NCBI GenBank assembly: GCA_020059915.1
Contig: JAGVBB010000003.1
Coordinates: 233,625-297,624 of the forward strand
Length of the DNA: 64,000 nt
Direction of reading: 5' to 3'
From: Minisyncoccota bacterium
GTDB lineage: Bacteria > Patescibacteriota > Minisyncoccia > UBA6257 > GWB1-50-10
In this document: positions 48,191 to 55,487 of the stretch, in pieces
Numbering within the stretch: position 1 is the first letter of the stretch
How the letters are laid out: every line of letters begins with the position of its first letter
Program-made: the position numbers and the translations under genes
The notes under the pieces: model-generated
Told to the model about the DNA's origin: nothing
The model's input: only the letters and a program-made list of their open reading frames with translations
The model's database searches: none

Positions 48191-50641
48191 TTATTTACAT
48201 AAATAGGTGCCACCAATACTTCCAGAGATATTTCCACTATAGTTCACAAAAGCAGTACATTCTACTGCGGAAGTGAAAACACGAAAGTCTGTTCCAATTT
48301 GACAAACTGTTGTCTGCCCCACATCACCACATGGAAAAATTTGAGAACCGGCCGTACAACCAACATTGGAACCAGAGTAACAAGTTGATCCACCTGGCAT
48401 TCGATACCAAGCATAAAAAAGACTTCCAGGAGCATATTGTGTTCCAGCAGACGAAGTTATAGCTCCATCACAATTATAATCAAAACTTCCATCACCACGG
48501 TTTGTAGAGAATGAAGAAGCTTGTCCAGGTCGCGCGTTTGCATTTGAATCATAACAGTCAGAATTATTTACAACATATCCAGCTGGTGGTGTTGGACTTG
48601 CTGAAGTAGTCGAAACTGAAGGATTTCCATATCCATCGCCATCTACATCACGATAGTAGGTATATGAGGGGGTGACGGTAAGCGTTGTGTTATATGTTTG
48701 TGATTCTGAACTTCCAGTAAACCCAATATTACTCACAGACATAGTAACAGAAAGATTGTATGTTCCCGGTGTTGCGCCCGCAGGAATAATAAAATCAACT
48801 GGGTGTGAGGCAGTGCCCCCCGCGGCTACATAATAACTACTCGGTCCACAATTCGGAAAGTTGTAACACGTCGTTCCCGAAGGAAGTCCACTAATTGAAG
48901 AGACAGTAAGTGGATATGAAACTGGATCACCACTCAAATCAGAACGTGTATGTGTAAACCCACCACTAACAGTTCCACCAACCGGAGCACTTCCCCCTGA
49001 AAATGAACCGGAAATACAATTTCCATAATTCGCACCCGCGTTCCCATCATTACAGTCTCTTGAATCGGTTGTGTATCCAGATGGAGCGGAATTTCCATAA
49101 CAAACACTTGTTGCCGCATCGGAATACGGATAACTTAATGTTGCCTTTCCACCATATCCATCACCATCAGCGTCCGGATAAAATGTTCCATTTCTCCACT
49201 TAGAAGCATCGGACGACGCACAATCTGAATTGTTATTTGAACACCAACCAGTTGTTATACAATCCCATGCTCCTCCATCATACCCAATACAAAATGGTTG
49301 AAGACTTCCAGCTCCATATCCATCATGATCCGAATCTAAATATTTTTGAACAATTCGCCAAACACCAGCGGACGTATCATCACAATCTGTCCCTAAAGAT
49401 GGATAGGTTGTGTGATATGGGCACGAAGTTGCGCAATATGACGAACCACTCCCAACAGTATATCCATCGGTATCATTATCTGTATAGCAGGTTCTATATG
49501 AAGAAACTGAATAATTATAATCATCGCAATCACTTCCCGGAGAAGCAGAAACACCAGGATTTGAAGAGCCTCCACAAAGATATCCATAATTACTCCCATA
49601 CACTCCATCTCCATCATTATCTAAATACCCTCCCCAATCTTGATAAGTCCAATAATCACTATCATTACAATCGCTTCCTGGACTGGTATTGCCAGCTGGG
49701 AGTGACGTACCAGAACAAATTGAACTTTGACTCGGACTATTATACCCATCCCCATCATTATCTGCATATCCACTCAAATATTGCCATACAGTTGCCGACC
49801 CATCATTACAATCAATATTAAACGAAGTAAGTGCTGACTTTCTTACTCTTCCTCCAGCACTACTCGTATATTGAGTGCTATTTGATGGGTATCCATCACT
49901 GTCTGCATCGCTCATATATAAATCACCCTGTTGGATACTTCCTCCAGATCCCAACACAATTTTTCCTCCGTTGCTCAACGTGATTGACTTCCCCGCATTC
50001 CAAACAAACGTACCATTTACTGTGAGTGTCGCATTTGCATCAATAGCAACATTTCCGTTATCAACCCCATCAACACCACTGATGGTACACGACGCACCAG
50101 CATTGTTCGTCGTCATACTCCAATTTCCTGAAAGGGCTATACCGCACGCATCTGACCATGCAATATCAAAAAAATCTGAATTACCCGCATTGTCTTCTGC
50201 AACAAAACGAGTGGTATATCGCGTGTCATGTGTATCTTCAACAATCCAACTTCCCCTCCAAATATTTGATCCCTCATTATTAAGCGCTACCTCTTGTGTT
50301 TTTGTATCAGTAGTAATAACTGCTTTTACAGACTTAATACCAGACTCTGCAGAAACTTCAATCATAAACGTCTGCATGTCCCCCAAATGAACATCCGGAG
50401 GATCTATCTCCCCTTTTATAAATTTGATAGCATTCTCATCTGCAGATGCAACACTAAATTCATATATACCCTGTGGCAATGTCCACTCTTTTCCATCTTT
50501 ATTCACCAAAATGCGATCTTTTTGTTCAATAGCACGCTTTCCAAAAAAAGAAGGGAGAGAAAGAAATGCAATCACAAAAACCGCGAAAAAGAACACGATG
50601 AGTCCTGCAATATGCGGTTTTTCCTGCACGAATTTTTTCAT
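48191..50641 (-). CDS. Surface protein with DxDxDG(Y)/DCxD repeats (MopE-like putative metal-binding motif)
   Basis: N-terminal TM, Ig-like domain, repeated Y.D.D.DGY...C...DC.D units. Confidence 0.8.
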   Translation of the reverse strand: MKKFVQEKPHIAGLIVFFFAVFVIAFLSLPSFFGKRAIEQKDRILVNKDGKEWTLPQGIYEFSVASADENAIKFIKGEIDPPDVHLGDMQTFMIEVSAESGIKSVKAVITTDTKTQEVALNNEGSNIWRGSWIVEDTHDTRYTTRFVAEDNAGNSDFFDIAWSDACGIALSGNWSMTTNNAGASCTISGVDGVDNGNVAIDANATLTVNGTFVWNAGKSITLSNGGKIVLGSGGSIQQGDLYMSDADSDGYPSNSTQYTSSAGGRVRKSALTSFNIDCNDGSATVWQYLSGYADNDGDGYNSPSQSSICSGTSLPAGNTSPGSDCNDSDYWTYQDWGGYLDNDGDGVYGSNYGYLCGGSSNPGVSASPGSDCDDYNYSVSSYRTCYTDNDTDGYTVGSGSSYCATSCPYHTTYPSLGTDCDDTSAGVWRIVQKYLDSDHDGYGAGSLQPFCIGYDGGAWDCITTGWCSNNNSDCASSDASKWRNGTFYPDADGDGYGGKATLSYPYSDAATSVCYGNSAPSGYTTDSRDCNDGNAGANYGNCISGSFSGGSAPVGGTVSGGFTHTRSDLSGDPVSYPLTVSSISGLPSGTTCYNFPNCGPSSYYVAAGGTASHPVDFIIPAGATPGTYNLSVTMSVSNIGFTGSSESQTYNTTLTVTPSYTYYRDVDGDGYGNPSVSTTSASPTPPAGYVVNNSDCYDSNANARPGQASSFSTNRGDGSFDYNCDGAITSSAGTQYAPGSLFYAWYRMPGGSTCYSGSNVGCTAGSQIFPCGDVGQTTVCQIGTDFRVFTSAVECTAFVNYSGNISGSIGGTYLCK

Positions 50642-50647
50642 GCGTGT

Positions 50648-51889
50648 TTATTTATTATTTTTGTAATATGTATCCAGATTCAAACCCTCCCAATCGCTAC
50701 TTGAATAATTAGTCCAATCTTTTGCATCAAATCGTGGAGCAGTTAGACGATAACTTATTTCTAATTTTGAATTTTGAATTTCTAATTTTGAATTAGGAAT
50801 ACCGAATATCACAATCTTTTTGTTTTGTTCGTCTTTTTGATACCATACTTTGCCATCAAAGTTTGGAGTAAGAAGCACAGACACATGCTTCAATCCATTT
50901 TTTTCTACATCAATAGTATGTGCAAATAACCACACATCACTTCCTTTTTCTTTATTGTTTAAATCAATAGTATATGAATATAAATTCCCATTCAAAGTTG
51001 CAACAAGTGTAGCAACGTCACTGAGCTCTTCTTTCACACCACCAACCATTCCAGGGTTGTATGTTGCATATCGCTTCCCTTCTATGGTGTAAACTGGATC
51101 AAATGTCACCCCATCAATCTTGTTTGCAATAATATCTGCCGCCGCTGTTCCCTCATCTGCATAGATTTGTCCAGCAACTTGAAGTTTATATGTTGGATTC
51201 GTTATACCAATACCTACCCTTCCAGAACTATCTACATTTAAACGCCATGCACCAGTATGCCAAAAGCCAAATGCAGAGGTCCCAGTGTTATCTAAGGATC
51301 CTATAAACCTGTCTCCACTCCCGGAAGAGTCTGTAATCCAAATTCCAGCACTTCCATTAGAACCCTGTCTTATTCTAATTCTATCTGCAATATCTAATTT
51401 ATATCCAGGAGTTACTCCAATACCAACACTTCCATCTCCCGCAAAAACAACTGGATATGATGTATTCCCAAACATTCTAACTCCATTCCCTCCAGCAAAT
51501 TGCATTTCAATAAAACCATCGGTTCTGTTTATTTGGCTGGCATTCATGGTAAAGGCGCCACCGGCACCAACCTGAAGAACACCCGCAATAGTCGTGGTTC
51601 CTACAACATATAATGGTGAAGTTGGATTTGTTGTTCCAATACCAACATAGGTTGCCGCTTGTGGATAAATCTTTGTACTTGTTGCAGTCCATCCCCCACC
51701 CCCAATCGCTGATGCGCTATCAAGCGTTGAGCTGTCTGGAAATCGAATAACTTTTCCTGGCGAAAGAATAATATCTTTATCAATAGTAAGTGAGTTCTGT
51801 GCATATACAACGGCAACACCACTCAAGATCACGACACCCAAAAATAAGAGCGCTCCCGAAAACAATTTTTTGCGCAAAAAATGTTTCAT
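50648..51889 (-). CDS. GIGT-repeat fibre-like protein with conserved C-terminal cap domain
   Basis: Signal peptide; IRFPDSS; three VGIG repeats; DPVYTIEGKRYATY...GGVKEE...SYRL..PRFD; start moved to ATG 51889. Confidence 0.8.
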   Translation of the reverse strand: MKHFLRKKLFSGALLFLGVVILSGVAVVYAQNSLTIDKDIILSPGKVIRFPDSSTLDSASAIGGGGWTATSTKIYPQAATYVGIGTTNPTSPLYVVGTTTIAGVLQVGAGGAFTMNASQINRTDGFIEMQFAGGNGVRMFGNTSYPVVFAGDGSVGIGVTPGYKLDIADRIRIRQGSNGSAGIWITDSSGSGDRFIGSLDNTGTSAFGFWHTGAWRLNVDSSGRVGIGITNPTYKLQVAGQIYADEGTAAADIIANKIDGVTFDPVYTIEGKRYATYNPGMVGGVKEELSDVATLVATLNGNLYSYTIDLNNKEKGSDVWLFAHTIDVEKNGLKHVSVLLTPNFDGKVWYQKDEQNKKIVIFGIPNSKLEIQNSKLEISYRLTAPRFDAKDWTNYSSSDWEGLNLDTYYKNNK

Positions 51890-51919
51890 ATCTATAGAAT
51901 TAGTATAACACACTGCAAT

Positions 51920-52075
51920 AAACTCTAATATCTAAAAACTAAATCCTAAACAAACCTGTCTGCCGATAGGTAGATTCAAATGACCAAAACTCAAAATATT
52001 TAGAACATTTGGATTTTGATATTGTTTAGAGCTTAGCCTGCCTGTCCGGTAGGCAGGAATTAGTGCTTAGAGTTT
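51920..52075. mobile_element. Empty heptad-arm element, copy A (palindromes at 51955-51974 and 52037-52057)
   Basis: AAACTCTAA...TTAGAGTTT termini; core near-identical to copies B and C. Confidence 0.8.
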
Positions 52076-52078
52076 AAT

Positions 52079-52102
52079 AAAAAAGCCCTTTTGGGCTTTT
52101 TT
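52079..52102 (-). terminator. Rho-independent terminator
   Basis: AAAAAAGCCC-TTTT-GGGCTTTTTT. Confidence 0.75.
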
Positions 52103-52658
52103 ATTCTACTATCATCTTCCCCACCTCTCCCCTTCCTGGATGTCCAGGAACATCACAATGATATGCATACGTTCCTTTTTTCGTCGGTGCGTTGAACGTA
52201 ATGAGTCTCGCAGGATCACCAGGACCAACACCAACCGCTACTGCAGAAAGTGATGGATCATCAAACATAAATAAGTGAGTTCCACTATCTCCCGCAGAAA
52301 CAAGTAAGTGCGTCACTGCTCCCGCCTTTACTGTAAATTGTGAGGGGGTGATTCCTGTTGCTGAAATTTTTATATCTATCGCTTCTGAAGGAACAGATGC
52401 CTTGTCTGTTATAGGAAGTGATTCTTGTGGTGCCTCTGGTGACATTGGCGCAACATCGTTTCGTGCTGCCTTTCCTTCTGGTGTTACCACAACACCCTCA
52501 ACACTCACCGCACTCGCACCAGGTGCTGCAACATTACTCGGTTTGTATGTCTGCTCTTGTTGCGTTGGCTCGCTGAAACTTCCCGTGATCGCAAGCGCTA
52601 CCACAATGGCAATAACAACAACCGCAAATATAATCCAAATAATTGTTTTCTTTTCCAT
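52101..52658 (-). CDS. Membrane-anchored cupredoxin domain protein
   Basis: G..P..FTVKAG, H.F.F, GTY.YHCDVPGH...GEVGKMIV. Confidence 0.85.
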   Translation of the reverse strand: MEKKTIIWIIFAVVVIAIVVALAITGSFSEPTQQEQTYKPSNVAAPGASAVSVEGVVVTPEGKAARNDVAPMSPEAPQESLPITDKASVPSEAIDIKISATGITPSQFTVKAGAVTHLLVSAGDSGTHLFMFDDPSLSAVAVGVGPGDPARLITFNAPTKKGTYAYHCDVPGHPGRGEVGKMIVE

Positions 52659-52674
52659 AAGTTAATTATAACAA

Positions 52675-52811
52675 AAACTCTAATATCTAAACCCTAAATT
52701 CTAAACAAATTTAAATGACCAAAACTCAAAATATTTAGAACATTTGGATTTTGATATTGTTTAGAGCTTAGACCTGCCTGTCCGGTAGGTAGGAATTCGT
52801 GCTTAGAGTTT
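52675..52811. mobile_element. Empty heptad-arm element, copy B (palindrome at 52773-52793)
   Basis: Same termini and core as copies A and C. Confidence 0.8.
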
Positions 52812-52839
52812 AATAAAACAAGCCATTAGGCTTGTTTTA

Positions 52840-54273
52840 TTATCGTTTCATTTTAAAGTCCAATCTCATTGATTTAAGGAACAATGAATACATCGGATTG
52901 GAATCTGGAGTATATTCCATCTTCCAGAATATTCGATTTGCTTCTTGATTCTTGAATGTTATTTCTTCCCCCACATTCACGCGTTGCCAATTGGTGCCAT
53001 CATTAGAAAGGAAAATAGATATATTTCCCGATTTTGTATAATCCGCAAATGTAACTGTTCCTTTTTGAACGGGAAGAATATTGTTGCTGATGTTTGCAGA
53101 GGCAACGGTGTACGATTTTGAATTATCAAATCCATAGTCATAAAAATTCCACGCCTCAACCCCAGTGTCGGCATCTGCATTGCAACGAAGCGCTCTATTT
53201 TCCACAACCCCGTCGCAAACCAATCTGCGAACGTTGCCCAACGAATTCAACGAGCTCATCAAGTTGACTGCCCCCTCAATTGAATTTGTCCCATTCTGAA
53301 ACAATTTTATGAACTTTATTTTCCCCGCTCCCTTGTTCCACACATACCACATTGCATCGTTCCCAAATCCAACTTTTGATATACCGGGGACAAACCCGCC
53401 ATCCATGAACCGCGTATTGAATATATTGGGAATTTCTACGGCACTCCCATCATTCAAAAACTGAAAAGCACGACCCTCATATCCCCCATACACCAACAAC
53501 CACCCACCATCATTTCCCCCAATACCAATCGTCCCAATATATTTTGAATCAAATAATTCTCCACTTCCTTTTATGTTTTTAAAATTGGAACCATCAAATG
53601 CATATACATAGGACTTAAAGATTCCATCTTCCTTGATAACCACCCCAACACGCCACCCTGAATCCAATGCAGAAACGGAAACGGTCATCAATGTTTTTGA
53701 TCTCACCTCTTCAGGGAGTTGTACCTCACTTGATCCTCGATATAGTCCCAACCCTTTTGCTACATAGCATTCTTTTTGTATGCACGCCTCTTCCGCAGAT
53801 ATTTGTTTGAATGCATCTGCTCGTCGCCACTCGTATTTTGGAGGGAGTGTGAACACACTCACTTCTCGATCGTGCCACAAGGTTGTCTGCACCTGATCTA
53901 CCCAGCCAAGCCCAGAAAAGAAGTCATGGAATGTTTGGTAGCTATATTCATCAGAAACTGCTTGCGGACCAAGTCCTGGAATATCAAGTTGGATCAGTGA
54001 TTTGGAAAGTTCTTTCTGTCTCATTTTCGACAATGTCTCTGTGGAGGACGCAATAATTGTCTTTTGTCCCGCAGTTGTCTGATCACCTTTCTGCACACTT
54101 ATAATTGCATTATCAACAATCTTTCTTTCAAGGAAGTTACGAACCGCTGTTGCTGCCAAAAAAAGAAATGTAAAAAAACCGATTGCAGCAATCATCACGC
54201 TGAAAGCGATTCCCAATCCTTCAAATACCTTCTTCCCCTCTTTTGTTATTTTCTTGAACGGCTCATGCTTCAT
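52840..54273 (-). CDS. Single-TM hypothetical extracellular beta-rich protein
   Basis: 477-aa ORF, N-terminal TM, C-terminal FLSNDG.NW..V..GE. Confidence 0.75.
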   Translation of the reverse strand: MKHEPFKKITKEGKKVFEGLGIAFSVMIAAIGFFTFLFLAATAVRNFLERKIVDNAIISVQKGDQTTAGQKTIIASSTETLSKMRQKELSKSLIQLDIPGLGPQAVSDEYSYQTFHDFFSGLGWVDQVQTTLWHDREVSVFTLPPKYEWRRADAFKQISAEEACIQKECYVAKGLGLYRGSSEVQLPEEVRSKTLMTVSVSALDSGWRVGVVIKEDGIFKSYVYAFDGSNFKNIKGSGELFDSKYIGTIGIGGNDGGWLLVYGGYEGRAFQFLNDGSAVEIPNIFNTRFMDGGFVPGISKVGFGNDAMWYVWNKGAGKIKFIKLFQNGTNSIEGAVNLMSSLNSLGNVRRLVCDGVVENRALRCNADADTGVEAWNFYDYGFDNSKSYTVASANISNNILPVQKGTVTFADYTKSGNISIFLSNDGTNWQRVNVGEEITFKNQEANRIFWKMEYTPDSNPMYSLFLKSMRLDFKMKR

Positions 54274-54302
54274 TTCTTTAATTGTAACAAAAACAATTAA
54301 AG

Positions 54303-54439
54303 AAACTCTAATATCTAAACTTTAAATTCTAAACAAATTCAAATAACCAAAACTCAAAATATTTGAAACATTTGGATTTTGATATTGTTTAGGATTTAGA
54401 CCTGCCTGTCCGGTAGGCAGGAATTAGTGCTTAGAGTTT
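54303..54439. mobile_element. Empty heptad-arm element, copy C (palindrome at 54401-54421)
   Basis: Same termini and core as copies A and B. Confidence 0.8.
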
Positions 54440-54469
54440 AATAAAAAATCCGCCTTTCGGCGGTATTTT

Positions 54470-54976
54470 TTATTTGACTATCATCTTCCCCACCTCTCCG
54501 TTATCTTCATGTCCTGGCAAATCACATCTGAATATATATTCTCCAGCTTTGTCTGGTGCTATGAAATTCACCGCACTTGTCTGTCCCGGCCCCGCGTTCA
54601 ATGCTACCGAACCAAGTGATGGATCTTTAAATGCAAATGTGTGTGATTTGTCTGTTGAGGTTATTGCAAGCGTTACCGTCTGTCCCCTGCTTACAGTAAA
54701 TTCACTCGGAGAAAATCCAGATGGGGAAATAGAAAGTTCAATGGTCCCTTCAGGAAGTTTTTCCCGAGCAACAGTGCTTGCCTGCGGAACCTCTGCATTG
54801 TTTGGAACGGGCGCACTCACCACGCCAGGGAGTGACTCCTCCGTATTTGTCACCGTCTCAACAATTTTCTTTGCAGAATCCGCCCCTCCGTTTGAAAACG
54901 CAAGAATAATGATTCCTAGTGCGACCACCACCCCCACAATAATCCAAATATATAATCTCTTTTTATGCTCTTCCAT
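54470..54976 (-). CDS. Membrane-anchored cupredoxin domain protein
   Basis: GFSPSEFTV..G, HTFAF, GEY.FRCDLPGH...GEVGKMIV; true start ATG 54976 (the ORF-track extension reads into the element). Confidence 0.85.
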   Translation of the reverse strand: MEEHKKRLYIWIIVGVVVALGIIILAFSNGGADSAKKIVETVTNTEESLPGVVSAPVPNNAEVPQASTVAREKLPEGTIELSISPSGFSPSEFTVSRGQTVTLAITSTDKSHTFAFKDPSLGSVALNAGPGQTSAVNFIAPDKAGEYIFRCDLPGHEDNGEVGKMIVK

Positions 54977-54991
54977 AATATCATTATACAC

Positions 54992-55480
54992 AAACTCTAA
55001 ATTCGAAAACCTAAACCCTAAACAAATTCTAATATCAAAAAAGATAAAACTATTTTGACTTCTCAATAATAGAACCGAATATCTTCATTAACTCTGTCGC
55101 CTCTTGTTTTAGTTCTTTTTGTTTCTCTTCGTCGTTTTGATTCACAAGAATAAGTGATAACCAATAAACACTTTCTTTTGCTTCTTTTCTACAAATTTTA
55201 ACTCTCATAACAAAATCTTTTTTACTTAGAGATTCGTTGGCTTCAATATAGTTAGCACCAACAGAACCCGCCGAACGAGCAAGCTGTTTTCCATATTCAA
55301 TAGTGGTGACCGATTTTGGAGCTTTATTTATTAAATCACGCACGTTTCGTGCAAAGATAAGCGTTCTCTCTTCAAGATCATATCCACCTTTTCTATTTTG
55401 AAATTCAACCATTTGAATTTTGAGATTGTTTAGAGTTTAGGCCTGCCTGTCCGGTAGGCAGGAATTAGTGCTTAGGGTTT
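54992..55480. mobile_element. Gene-carrying heptad-arm element, copy D, enclosing the four-helix-bundle gene (palindrome at 55442-55462)
   Basis: AAACTCTAA left arm and ATTAGTGCTTAGGGTTT right arm homologous to copies A-C. Confidence 0.75.
55050..55412 (-). CDS. Four helix bundle protein (TIGR02436 / 23S rRNA IVP-like family)
   Basis: DLEERT..F, QL.RSAGSVGANYIEA...S.KDF...KI..KEA.ES.YWL, E..EL..IF..I. Confidence 0.92.
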   Translation of the reverse strand: MVEFQNRKGGYDLEERTLIFARNVRDLINKAPKSVTTIEYGKQLARSAGSVGANYIEANESLSKKDFVMRVKICRKEAKESVYWLSLILVNQNDEEKQKELKQEATELMKIFGSIIEKSK

Positions 55481-55487
55481 ACAGTTT

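Noticed and set aside
54977-55066. N-terminal extension of the cupredoxin in the ORF track
   Set aside because: It is translated element arm; ATG 54976 has a -10 box 6 nt upstream and is followed by the TM segment
55050-55412. 23S rRNA intervening sequence
   Set aside because: The family name is historical; no rRNA sequence flanks the gene
51920-55480. CRISPR array or classical integron suggested by recurring repeats
   Set aside because: Repeats are over 100 bp and separated by whole genes; no cas or intI gene and no RYYYAAC/GTTRRRY attC cores
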